Shown here piece after piece: positions 1 through 14,222 of a stretch of 64,000 nt of DNA. The notes under the pieces were generated by a model. It saw only the letters and a program-made list of their open reading frames with translations, was not told where the DNA came from and made no database searches. Position numbers and translations under genes: made by a program. Location of the stretch: NCBI GenBank assembly GCA_012295275.1, contig CM022669.1, positions 12,958,001-13,022,000 of the forward strand, in the 5' to 3' direction. Source of the DNA: Chrysomallon squamiferum. Its lineage: Eukaryota; Animalia; Mollusca. The stretch's first letter is position 1. Each line of letters starts with the position of its first letter.

Positions 1-2419
1 AGTATGAACGTTTAAAATGCATAGACAATTTAAACGATTTGATTACGGCTTCGTTTTTCTTCTTTCTTTTTTCTTTTTTTTTGTGTGTGTTTTATCTTGA
101 GACCCTTTACCCATCACATCAATACCTGTTTTATTGCATAAAACATTTTTTTTACAGAACATAAAAACTTTGACACTATTCCACTCTAGACTCAAATCCT
201 ACTCAGCACTTCAAAGTGCCTGTTCTATAATAACCTTTTCAGCGCCACAGATTGAATCCTGTGCTGTAACGCTGTTAAGTAAACTGTCCCTTTTCAGTCA
301 TTTAGCTTTACTCTTGTGTACAATTACTTTACAGGAATATTTTAAACGGCATCCGTTACGCCGAGCGTCTGTTATACGACATTGCATCTAAAAGTTTACC
401 AGCGAGATTTTCTCGTTTCGCTCGAAGACCCGCTCTCAATTACGTTCTCCAACGACATTTACATTTGTAAATGAAAAAAAAAAGAAGAAGAAAAAACAGA
501 AAAAGGAATAGCAATGATTTCACGATAGTGTGGTAATTCGGTGGAATATGGCTGTGTTTTATATTGTGTTGTCTTTTGTCATTACCATATGTAAATACTG
601 TTACATTTTTATTTTATTTTTTTTCTTCTTCTTCTTCTTTTTCTCTGTCCCTGCACGGTTCGTGGATCCAAGGCGAGCTGTTTATCGTAGCAAATGTAAG
701 TTGTTAATAAATCGATTATCGCTGAATAGATTCATAACGGTTTATGTGCGAACAGGATCGATATATTAACGGCCGGAACGATTAATCTTTTCATATAGCA
801 TTAACAAATTTAATAAATGTAAAAAAAAAAAAAAAAAAAAAATTATTTTTTATTTAACAACATCTAATATCCTGTTTTAATTGTCGTTATCTTTTTAAAT
901 TTTCATGTTATTTTGTTACGTGTTTGTTTTCACAGACAACGAAAACTTGTTCGTTAAACACACAACAGAGCGAAAACAAAAATAAAAATCAATATATAAC
1001 ATAGAAACATTAAAACTGTATGTACGTGAGTCTGTGCTGTGTAAACTGTAACTAATTGAAATGATTGTTTCTGTGATAATGTATTGTATGAGATGTAAAA
1101 GTGACTCGTCATTCATTTTGGCAGAGGTGTTTTCTTTCTGTTGCCATGACTGAAATTTCATTATATCAGTTTCGTATAAAATACGTTTAATACCTCATAT
1201 CATCTGTTATTAAAATGTTCTAAATTGTTAATATAGACAAGTAAGTTGGTCGATATGTAAAGAGTTAGATAAGTAACAGGTAGACAAACGTATGAGTAGA
1301 CAGGTAGGTAAGCAAGACGACAGGTAGGCAGGCAGGTAGCAGTGGAGATAGTTGGTACGTCATAACTGGATAGATAGAAATTTAGGTAGGTAGAGACTAG
1401 CTAAATGGACAGACATACAGAGAAACGTACAAGCCGTCAGAGAGTCAGGACTATATGTAGACAGACTGGAAGGTAAGTATGAAAATAGAATGATAGATTC
1501 GTTGGTAAGTAGATGGATGGAGGCGGTTTGGAAGTCAGAGGGGATGATAAAAAAATATCAAAAGAAAAGCAGGCAGATAAATAAAGTGATAGAGACATAG
1601 GGGATGGGTAATTAAAAAAAAAAAAAAACAACTACAGATTTAATTCAAATAGTAAAATAAATAGAGAAAGGGACAGAGCAGTCTTAAACCAAAATTACTG
1701 GCATGTAGAACATAATATTTTAAATGACACACTCCTACATCAGCACCTGAGTTAAACAAAACAGAGAGAGACACATCGTAATATCAGAGACGTCGATCCG
1801 CAAATATATTCAGAAATCATTAACACCATTGATCCAAGTGGCCGCTGTGGACGCTGTAACAAGATGTCAATGGAGCGATCAATTGTCCACTTTTGCCATG
1901 ACGTCGCGCCTGTTTGTTCGCACCCGATTCCAGACTCATGACGCATTGTGCGTCGATCGATCTTCATCAAATAGATGGGCTTTTTATTAGCTGTTAATGA
2001 CAGTGTGAGTTTCCACATCGCTTTGTAAATATTGACGAAAAAAAAATAAAAAATAAAACAAACCCCTAAAAAACCTGACAGAATGAAAATAGAAACTGCT
2101 TCATGTTATTCAACTTTTTTCTGTTACCGGTGCTTGGATGAATTTGCGTTGTAATATATTGTCCAAAAAAAAAAAAAAAAAAAAAAAAATGAGCTTAAAA
2201 AAAGACTTACGTTCTTAGTTTGATGTAAAAATCTTTTGTGCGAAGCCATTTAGCAGGTAAATTTATTTTTGGTTGAAAAAAGTATCGACATGGATTGCAT
2301 TAATTCTGTTTTGTTGCTTTGCTGTTATACAATATGAAAGATGATTGATGATACGCCTTCAGAATTGTAACATACCTGTTACAGCTATCATCATATTACC
2401 ACTAATATTTGAATTAAAA

Positions 2420-2430
2420 TTACTACTACC

Positions 2431-2463
<33 letters not shown>

Positions 2464-2573
2464 GTTACTCATACTACTACTACTACCACTACTACTGTTA
2501 CTATTATTATTACTACTACTGTCACTACTACTACTTCTACCATAAATGCTGCCATAGCTACTACAAGTATAAT

Positions 2574-2604
<31 letters not shown>

Positions 2605-3078
2605 ACTACTATTACTACCACTACTATCATCACTACTATTACCTCTACTAGAATTATTATTAATAATAGTACTACACAAGAACAACTACTACTACTATTT
2701 CTACACCACCGCCACTACTGCAGATACATATACTACTTACCTCTACTACAAGTAGTGCTATTGTTACCACACAGATTACTATTATTGTCACTATTGTGAC
2801 ATTTATTTGTTGTCGTTTATATTACTATTTTATATTTAACTCTTAAATTTCTTGTCTTTATTATATTTGCCTGTTATTGTTGTTGTAGCTGCTGCTGCTG
2901 CTAATGGTGTCGTTGTTGCATTTGTTTTATGGTTATTGGTATTACCGCATTCCTTAACATTGTATTATTATTATTATTGTTGTTATTATTATTATTATTA
3001 TTGTTGTTGTTGTTGTTGTTGTTGTTGCTGTTGTTATTATTATTATTATTGTTGTTGTTGTTGTTGTTATTATTATTA
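2420..3078. repeat. Compound trinucleotide microsatellite: degenerate (CTA)n followed by (TTA)n/(TTG)n
   Basis: Directly visible; explains the poly-L/S/Y/C/N ORFs at 2345-3250. Confidence 0.95.
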
Positions 3079-3809
3079 CCCACACAAGCATTATGACAAT
3101 TATCATAACCACAGTCTGTTGTTGTTGTGTTTTTTTTGTGTTTTTTTAGTTATTTATGTTCTTTCCTCTTTAATTATTATCACCATAACTTCGCCGTTGC
3201 TAACGCTATTCATCTTTATAAATATGATACTGTTTCTCTTATTAACTTAACGTCATTTTATAAATTACGTCTAAATTCCTGATTTACCAGCGTTCCGTTC
3301 GAGACTTTTTAACGACGTTGCGCAACTTGGGTTAACTGAATTACCCAGACAGTCTCGAACACCTAGCGAAATGTGCTTTTCAGATTAATAACACGCGCTG
3401 AATGGATGGAAAGAACGGGCCTGGCACCTTTTCAGAATTCGTGCTATTTAATGCAGATATAATATATTCTCCTACCGCCTCTCTCGCGGGTTCTCGAAAT
3501 TAAAGCAGCTACTTTGATGTCAAATTGAATTTCTGCTGCAAAGACAGAAACAAACATATGTTTTCGGCGAAGAGGATATCTTGAATTAGCTGCATTAACC
3601 TCTCTTGCGGTTTAGCAGGCTATTTAAAAAGCGATTCTCGGGTGTGTGTGTGTATATCTGTCTGGCAGTCCACGTTTGAGTCGTGTAATTAGCCAGTTTG
3701 ATGAGATGGTGGGAGATTTAAAAGAGATTTAAAAGAGGTGGAGTAAAAAAAATAAATAAATAAATAAATAATAAATAAATAACCACTGAGCTCTAAGAAT
3801 AAAAGAGGA

Positions 3810-3842
<33 letters not shown>

Positions 3843-3960
3843 TAACAGAGTTAAGTTATTCTTTTAAAGTGATTTGTGCAATACTAATGAAGACTTGACA
3901 TTAGCTTAATACTGAAATATAATGATTAACTTTATGGACATAAGCCAGACATTTTTTTAT

Positions 3961-4077
3961 TGTATGTATGTATGTATGTATGTATGTTTGTTTGTATGTA
4001 TGTTTGTATGTATGTATGTATGTATGTATGTATGTATGTATGTATGTATGTATGTATGTATGTATGTATGTATGTAT

Positions 4078-4127
<50 letters not shown>

Positions 4128-4130
4128 GTT
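3961..4130. repeat. (TATG)n joined to (TTA)n microsatellite
   Basis: Directly visible; source of the MYVC ORFs. Confidence 0.95.
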
Positions 4131-4323
4131 ATTTGTTTCCTCTCATGAGCTACTGTTTAAAATATACACGTATGTTTTGAAACAAATAGTACCATCAACA
4201 GTTTATATACCACCCCCGCATACGAATCCACACTGATACTTATACATCTATATCTACAGTTGCTTTGTAATAACATCACCAACATTTTCACAATATACAC
4301 AAGTATATAATTATATTCTTTGA

Positions 4324-4363
<40 letters not shown>

Positions 4364-4603
4364 CACACGTATAGATGGAATTAAAGTAAAAACTACATGA
4401 AACAATCTGACACCAGACTGTGAAGATATATAATATTTTTTTGTACAATCTACAACATTGCCGGAAACTGATGCCATCTGTTACAAATACAGCAAAAATA
4501 CCAAGTTTCTGAAACAGAAAATGATTCATTATTTACTTTTACTTACAAAACGCTTAAAAAGCATTTATGCAATTTGTGTCAAGGTAAATTGTGATGTCGG
4601 CAG

Positions 4604-4647
<44 letters not shown>

Positions 4648-7600
4648 CTTTTGGTTTGATCGTCGGCTGAAACATTGCGAGGTGTTGGTGACGTCAGAAC
4701 AATGTCGTAATGATACGATGAGTACAGAAAAACAAAACGACGAAATAAACATTTATTTAATCAGAAAGTTTTCGATTATTTGATATCGATTGTACATTTT
4801 ATATATCCATTTAGTATAAAGATCATACAAAACAGGAAATATTATATTACTCTTATGATTAGCAGCAGGAAATTTTCCCTGAGTGGGGAAAATATTCATA
4901 CTGACTTCGATAAACCGATCATGCGAATTTGATATAAGATTTTTAAAAATTAATCTCTACAGGGGTTAAATATTTTGTCTCTGCAATGGCTGATAGTTCG
5001 AAAAAAGTTCTGTTTTGATTTAGAAAAATAAAAAATGAAAATAAAAGTTATGTGTCTTATATAATCTTTACATAATATGTGAAGCTGGTTTATGGTTTTG
5101 GATAGCACAAAAGCTAGAATGGAATAATTAACTGTGTTCTCGTGTTTCACATAAATGTCATTTGGAATACGGCTGTTAAACAGCAGATCCATATCCTAAG
5201 AGCATAATTTTTAATATTTTTTTTATTATTGACTGAAATTAAACTCTAACATATTGCTGCGTCCTGTGCGTTATGTTAGTATCTCTGTGAATTTGCGCGC
5301 TGACATATTTTGAACTATCTCTGGAAACTTCATCGCTTTAATTGGCGTAGTGTTGAATATAAATGGCCGAAGAGTTTGTTTAAAAAGTCGATATCTGGCT
5401 TTCAGAACGCTCTGTTTACTTTATGCGAGAAATTTTAAGACCTTCGGCCGTAATGTCAGTTCCATTAGTGAATTAGTGTCCCGACTTGATGGCGTTAGCA
5501 ATTAACAGGCTTATTAACGCTTCGCGAGTTCTTGATGGTCACTTGCAATCGACGAGGCGTGTTTGATTCTGACGACAAGAAGGCCTATAGCCGATTAGTG
5601 TTTTTTGTACGATACGGCAACTTTTCTAGTGTCATAATTAGTACAAACGTTAACGTAATTTTCTGTCAACTGTTTTAGAACAATAAAAAGGCTGGGTTAG
5701 GTTCTAGAAGTTCAGAGTTTACGGTGAGATTATATCATCGGGTTTGAAAACGGTCGATTGTCTTGTTTGTTGTCGGTTTTTTTTCTAGTTTTACCGTCTT
5801 CGGATTTTTTGGCGTATTGTTTTAATATCCAGTTTTACAAATCTCTGTAGAATAATAAAAATTTCCCTCGGGGATAGTTGAATTGAATAAAATATTAAAG
5901 GTTAGCTGGATTATAAAAAGAAAACAAAAAACAAAATAAGCGTAAAAGAAAGTGATCTTAATGATTCAAAATGGACAAAGGATGATAAATAAGTATGTAA
6001 CCAGTGCCGCAAACTGATGAAATGTTAAAGTAATCACAGTTTACTCTATTTAAATATTACACCTTCAGCAAAACAGAATTTTTTAGAAAACGTAACATTA
6101 CAGCGAGTTTCTTCAGTAAACACAGGCTGCCAGGATCTCTCCCCCATTATCTGATCTATCTCCAGATCTAAGAAAAAGAATGTGATGATCTTGTAATGCA
6201 TTACCGTCTTTCCACAGTACTGGAAGAGTTTCGTTTCTGAACTGCACAACCTGACAAAGCACTGTTATCGTTCTGCCAATATCTCATTCTTAAACCATAA
6301 TGAAAATAAATTACCTTGAACTGAGCTGCGGTTTCGACAATGAGCATATCTGGCTTGGAAAATACGTAAAAGATAAAAGCGGAACAACATGGTGTGAAAA
6401 AAAAAAAAAAAAATGTTGAAAAACGGAGCGTTGGGATGGAAAAAAAAGAAGGAAAACTGAGACAAAAAGAAAAACTTCTAAGCTGTGTTGTAAACAAACA
6501 TGTAACTTGTAAGTAATTACCGTATCGTTCAATAACATGATACGACTGTTGCAAACGGGTGATTAATTGCAACCTTTAACATCCGTGCCCAAATCAGCGG
6601 ACTTAACTGTTCTCATCAGGCCATCCTCCAACACACGACTTCTTTGATAAAATATAATTATATGTATTTCCTTTGGCAAATAAAATATTAATCAGAATTT
6701 CCAGAATATCGGAGCGATAGTGGTTGAAGAAGAAATGTATACGTTTTGTATGTTTTATTATTTTTATTTTTATTTTTTATTTAATTTTTATTTTAATTTT
6801 AATTTTAATTTTACTTCATTTTATTTTAATTCATTTTATTCCTTTGTTTTTTTCTTTAGTTTTACTTTTTTTTTCTTCAACCAAACACCTGGATTTACCA
6901 CAAGGTGCAATATATTGTATTTAAGGCAGTACACTGAATGTAAAATGAACAAAGTGTTTACTTAATTTTATTTATTTATTTATTTACCACAGACCAATGG
7001 TATAGCATCTAGCTAGACTTTCAAGACACGACAGCACCTACTTGGTTAACGCACCCTCATCCTAGCATTCTGTTATCAGCATTTTAAGCGTCTTGTTCTT
7101 AAATACTGCATTCTCAGAAACGCTTCGTTCAGCGTGAAATATAAACCTTAAATTTTTCTGCAGTCATACATATAACCAGAACCGGTTTTAAGCCAGCTAA
7201 ACAAATTGCTCATAGCTCTCGAGTGAATCATTTTAGTCTTGTCTCAAGTAAAACTGCATCCTGAAAGTGCCAGACCTGCAAAAATATTGTCATAAAGCAG
7301 CAAACTTGCAAGTTGAGGTTTTGTGTTTGCTGAATTTTTTATGACAGGTAAGGGCGAGACACTAAGTACAATATTCTTCTTTTCGCTGAAACAGATCTTG
7401 GTGAAACGCCAGAAATGTTTCCAATCGAACTTTACAGCTCCTGTTTATACCATTGTAATACTCATAAACTATAACAGTTTAACTCGAATTTAGCGACATG
7501 AAAATAGTAAAAATTTAAAAGGATTACTAGTAGAAGTGTATTACTGCTCTAAGTGTAAATGGTGTTCACAATGTTCAGGAAGTGATACAAGAAGTTAAGC

Positions 7601-8721
7601 TGATGTTTAACAAGAAATGTTAACAAGAAAATAAATCATAAGCTAGCTGCCACTAATTAATGAAGACGGCTGAAGACGATGTTTCACCCTCTACGTATAC
7701 AACTCGCACACGACTGATAGTTCCGTCAAAATAAACTGTGCAGCCCGATTTTATTTCAAGTGCTTTATCTTGTTAAGTTTTGCGTTGAAAGACTTGAACA
7801 AATGTTTTGCAAGTGGTTGAAACTATTTAAGAAACAGAAGTAACTATTTTGAGTAGGGAAAGTTAAATCCTGCTTCAAGTATAAACATCAGTGTTATTTT
7901 ATTTGAACTTCTTGTGATGTGTGTTTTTCTTTTCTTTTCTTTTTTTTTTACTTTGTGTTTTAACTTTTTTATTATTATTATTACTTTTTTTTTTTTTTGC
8001 AATTGTATTATTCTTACTATTTTCCTTTTCTTTTCTTTCGACAAGAAAAGTAACACACTAACATATATCAAAATATTTGTATACAATTTCACGAACCCAT
8101 TCATTTTTACATCTTATCTGTGTTCATAAACCTTAATTCAAAACTGACTCACACGTGTACACACGCACGCATACATAGATACAAACACTACAACCCATAA
8201 ATTTACATATACAGATAAATATTACAGAAACAAGAATACCACACACATAAATGTTACATAAACAAAGGCTCAAAGCACGTACACACGCACACACGCACAC
8301 TGTGGACTATTAATTAATTTACCCAGATGTTATTAATTAAGAGTATTGTGACAGAAGTTGTAAGAGACTGAGAAATAGTGGAAATCATATAATCTGGTTC
8401 TTACGTACCACGTGTTTCACGTAACCCCAGTCTCTCTTTCATTATCTATTCATGTACTTAATTTGCTTAGTTTCGTTATTTCCTTAATTTCATTATGATC
8501 ATTATTTATTCAGTCATTTTTCACTATGTATTCAGCCATTTGGTTACATTTTCATTTGTGTTCATGTCTCTGTGTTCTTTTCTCTCCTGATTTTCATTAT
8601 GTACGTCTCTATATTTTATTGTTCCAAATTCAGCTTGGGTTCTGCCACTGTATAATACAAGCTGTCTATTTTTTAGTAATGACACACACACATACATATA
8701 CACACATGCAAACACACATAC

Positions 8722-8824
8722 AAACATACACACGCCACACAAAAATACATACATACACACCTGTATGTATATGTATAGTATACATGTGTGTGTGTCTGTG
8801 TGTTTGTGTGGTGTGTGTATGTTT
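8722..8824. repeat. Inverted repeat with 39-bp arms inside CA/TG low-complexity sequence
   Basis: 8722-8760 vs reverse complement of 8786-8824 matches 34/39, including the AAAC and CCACACAAA interruptions. Confidence 0.7.
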
Positions 8825-8914
8825 CTGTGTGTATGACTTATTAATGACAATTTTGACATTTGGATTGCAAATAAGGTATAATATTCCTCAGATCAATTTT
8901 AAGGTTAAAAATTG

Positions 8915-8954
<40 letters not shown>

Positions 8955-9773
8955 TCCCATTCGTTTGGCAACATAATTCAGTGATATTTACAGTGTTTCT
9001 GTAAAAAAAAAAAAAAAAAAACGAAATTGAGCTGTTTCACTTTAATTTTGCTTTTTCTACAACAGATTACATATAATCACCTTCTACTTCGTTGTAACAT
9101 ATTCTTTTTTTACGTTTTGTAGACATCTTTACAGCGGTGGAATTAGTTGCGCGTCTTGATATAAATACCTTCTATCCACGCTTAAATATAGACCTATCTA
9201 ATCTGCACAGTTATTGCTTAGGCACCTTTTAAATTCTACTTCGTTTCTGAAAGCTGTCATCAGAAGATAGCACAAATGAATAAATAAGATTACAGAGAAA
9301 GTTAACAAGACCATTTTTCCGTCTTTCAGATATTATGACGTCTGCCTTGGGACCGACATATACCGAGTTCGTGTCCTGGTACCGGAACGGTTGAAGAGAA
9401 ACAACAGAGGCAAAAATCCAGTACAATCTACAGTTTAACATGCTAACAATTTCTCTTCTCTTGATTAGAAAATACTGCATCTTAGACTACTCCCTGTTCA
9501 TTATATATAAGAACGTGTAAAATGGATAACTGATTAATCGATTGATTGACCGGCTTATTGGTTGTTTGGTTTGGTTGAATGAGAATTTTCAATCAGTTCT
9601 GGACATTACTGTGAAGATATTATAAGCAAAGTTATTTATTTATTTATTTATTTTATTTTTTTTTTTTTTTTTTTTTTGAATATTTTATTATTTTTAGAAT
9701 CTTGGAAAGGTACCTATCTTTAATAAGCTTAATTAAGTCTGACTAGTGTACAGTAATTACTACCTGACACGAG

Positions 9774-9776
<3 letters not shown>

Positions 9777-9852
<76 letters not shown>
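9777..9852. repeat. (TTA)n microsatellite
   Basis: Pure trinucleotide run. Confidence 0.95.
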
Positions 9853-10499
9853 CGGTGCACTGCACAGAACGAACGAAACAGTATATTAATATTATAGTAA
9901 TTCATCTTCTAACGCACAAACATCATGACAGATGGATTTGTATTCCATTTTATTTATTAAAGAACATCTTCATAAAGGTAGCAGACACTTGTGTTTAATA
10001 AATCCTGTACACAAATCATAAAAATAAGCACTCGTTGTACACTTACAATACTTGATCGTTCAGCAGTATGTATTTAATAAAAATACGTTTTTATCTGGCT
10101 GAAGAACTTAAGCTTTAAACTGCAGCGGTCATATTCAGAGTTGACTGGGACTCACACAGAAAATAATTAACACGGAAGTTTTTCTATTGTGTTTCTCTTG
10201 TATGGAACTGACAACTAACGGGGCTGTGTACAAAAGAGAAATTTAGCAATTTCCTGAACGCTGGATTGTAGACCATCATGCGACGTGCAAGATTAATAGT
10301 TGTAACCCAGTGACATACATCCCAAGTAAAATGTAAAACGCCAGCGGAGAAACACGTTTTTGTAAGAAAGTGCTGAGTACGTACTGCATGCAGTGAGGGA
10401 TAGAAGAACTGATGGATGAATAGATGGATGAATGAATGGGTGGATGGATGGATGGAAGAATGGATGGATGGATGGTTGAATGGATGGACATGCACATTA

Positions 10500-10880
10500 C
10501 ATATTCATGCATATTATCATCAATATTATCATAGATTCATAGGTATAATTATCAGTAATTCTCATCACAGAGCCATACGTATCATTATCATAATATGTAT
10601 TTATTATCAGTAACTCTTGTGATAGATCCATACGTATCATTATCAACAATTCTCGTAATACACTGATATGTATTATTATCAGTAACTTAAGATCCATACG
10701 TGTTATTATCAATTACTCTTATCATATATTCATATGTATAATTATCAGTATTTCTCATCATAGATCCGTATGTATTATTATCAATAACGCGTGTCATAAA
10801 TCAGTACGTATATTATTGTCACTATTATCACTATGATCCATACGTATTCTTATCAACAGCTCTGATCACAGCTGCATACG
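10500..10880. repeat. Degenerate 36-bp minisatellite, about 10-11 units, consensus ~GATCCATACGTATTATTATCAGTAACTCTCATCATA
   Basis: The GATCCATACG-like anchor recurs at 10534, 10570, 10625, 10661, 10691, 10727, 10763, 10799, 10835 and 10871 (period mostly 36). Confidence 0.9.
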
Positions 10881-12180
10881 TCGCTTGCTAGTTCTGTGAG
10901 ATCCTGCTCTCGTGTTGAGATCTGACGAAGTTGACTGTCGGGGGCTGCCTGCAGTCGAGCACTTACTCTCACAAAGGTTGTTCGAGCTAATTGAATCTGC
11001 TTTAGACTCATGAATTGTGCACGCTCTTTGGCGTCCCGGTCCTACGTAGATTCGCGTGACTCTGCACCCGGACACGGGACTGTTTATCAATATTCAAGTA
11101 GATGTCGGGATCTCTAATTGAAGAAGGTGCTTCGATTCCTGACTGCGCGTGCACGAACAACGTACGACAGCACAAACTCTTACCAGACTTGGGCCAGACG
11201 CAGAAGAAGAAACGTATTCCCCAGCGTAGTACGCTTCACTTTGAATTATTTAAAGTCAAGTGTGATTCAAGAGTTTAACCACATTAAACAATTAACGTTA
11301 TTTATGGATTGCCACTTGTACATTTTTTTAACCCATGAAACGTAATAGACGGGAGGCAAGATTGTGGGAGAGATATTCGTTATTGTTTTCTTTTTTTCGT
11401 GTTTTGTTTTCCTTGTCTTCCTTTTTTCTTTTTTCTTTTTTTTCTTTTTCTTTTTAACACTTAAAATAACTTCACAAATTAGAGCTTGTTTAACCAGAAT
11501 TTGTTTTCATTTTATAGCTTTTGTTTTTATTTTTATCATTATTTTCTTTTACTCATTTTAGCTATTGTTTTTTAATTGGGATTTTTAGAATAGTCCTTTC
11601 TAAATGTTTGCCAAAAAGATTCACCGCAGAATTTTTTAGCTTAACTTTATTATACAAACTTCAAGTACTTTTAGATTTTAAAAACCAGCGAAATAAGCAT
11701 CTTTTGTTTTCGTTTTTTGTTTCATTCACTCATGCTTTCCTAATTTCTTTCTTTAATCGACACTTTCTTTTCTTTTTTGTTTCCTCAATATTTCAACTCC
11801 AATTTCATGGTAATTTACTAGCAAGCAAATCATATATATATATATATATATATGTAAATTTTGAGTCGTTGAATTTTTCACAGCATTTAAGTGTTGCGTT
11901 TCTTTTATGAAAGTTCCAGAATTAGTCAGTAACATCTTTACACTTGAGAATCAAAACTAAAAGAAGGAACCATATACAGTAGTTTCTCAGAATATGTGGA
12001 GATTGACGATAGACAGAAGGACGACGGGTGATGAATAGATGGAAGGATGGATTCACGAACTGATGTTGTGATAGATAAACTAAGTAATAATAAAAATAAT
12101 TAAGAAAAAGTAATTGCTAAAGAAAGTGTCTCTCTCTTTTATAAATGTGTCTCACATACTTTCTCCCTTTCTCCACCACA

Positions 12181-12441
<261 letters not shown>

Positions 12442-13034
12442 ACTAACTATAAATATCCTGAAACATTTTGTGTTAAGTTAACAAGTATTTTGACAGTTGT
12501 CAGTATTTTACAGCCAGATTATTACAGCTAGTACGTGGTAAAACAATACAAACAATAAAACAGGTATTTTTCATCAAATATGTCACTGTTCAAACAACTG
12601 TTGCGCATAGGTTCTATTTTCTTTATATTTATATTTTTCTCAAGTTTTTTATTTTCTATTTTTATTACTATTTACTCATTTCTTAGTCAGGTTCTATATT
12701 TCCCCTTTTTTTTGTTTGTTTTTTTATTCTTGTCAAAAATGTTTCAACAAGGCGCCAGGAAAAATGATATACATTACTGTAGAATCTTATAATATTTTTC
12801 TTAACTGTGAAAACTGTATCGAATTCGCTTCCGTGTGCAGATAAGTGCTGGAATTAGCTAAGAAAAATTGTTTTTTTGAAAATGAAAGAGAAAAATACAA
12901 AAACAACAGAACAAAGGTAGAAGTACAGAGACAGAGCAACACGTATAACTGAGAAAAAATCACAACAAACAGGCAGTGAGAGACAAAAAGTGAGAAAACG
13001 AAAGACAAACATGAAAGAGGTCTGACACAGAAAA

Positions 13035-13038
13035 AGAC

Positions 13039-13123
<85 letters not shown>

Positions 13124-13215
13124 GAGAAAGGAGAGAGAGAAAAAGAGAGAAAGAGTGAGTGTGTTTGAGGAAGCGAGACAGACAGACAGACAGACAGAGG
13201 CAGAGAGAGAGGGGG
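13035..13215. repeat. (AG)n / (AGAC)n microsatellite
   Basis: Directly visible. Confidence 0.9.
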
Positions 13216-14222
13216 GAAAAAGAGAAATGAAATGCTTGTACGCAGTAGAAAACGAGACATATATCTTAATAAACAATAATCAAACATCAAAGGCATCAAC
13301 AACAGAAGGAAACCTGCATGAAAAGATGAAAATTGACTTAAAAAAAAAAAGGATGACAGAAGAAGGGAAGAAAAAGAATTTTAAAATATCTATTTTAAAT
13401 TATAACAATCATAGTTAAAGCGCATAAAGCGAGAAAATATTAAAAATGTAAATAACCAATATCTTTCGTAACACGTTTTCAAACCTGTCACCTTTATTTT
13501 TGTGTCAAATTTTAAAACCAACGTGAAATTTAATCATCTTCAATTTGAACATCTAATATTCTAATCTGTAAAAACCATTTCATTTAATTACATCACACGT
13601 GAATGTTCAACAGACAAATAAAAACAATCACGCTTTTGGAAAATTAAAACAGAAAAAAAAAGAAGAGAACAACAAATATAGGACCATATAAAAAAAAAGA
13701 AAAAAAAATTGAACGTAATAGACAGAAAACTTTAAAGAGAAGATAAAAATATCAAACACCTTACTATTAATCTCACATTTTAATTATAAATTAAGCAATC
13801 ATTTCACTGAAAGGTGTGATAACTGAAATATACGACGAAGATAAAGGGAAAAGATTAATAGTCTGCAAGCAAGGAAGTCACGTATAATCTGTGCTTTTCG
13901 CACAAACATCAGCTTCCATTTAATGTTACTCAACAATTACAAACAGAAAAGAGATCACATTTTCGTTGTAGGAATCCAGTCACAGAATTTTTGGGAAATC
14001 TTAAAAGATATGTTAAATATATAAATAAAGATAAGCTTCATGTTAGCATAGCGTACATTTCTTTACAATCGCATATATACTGACATAGGAGGCTGTATAA
14101 TTATTACAGTAAGAAAAATGTAAGATAAAATACTATGTCAAAGCATAGGATTATTAAAGAGAGATTTTAATACATTTGTATATAGAATGTACAGGATAGC
14201 TGAATAAATTATAGTAAGAACA

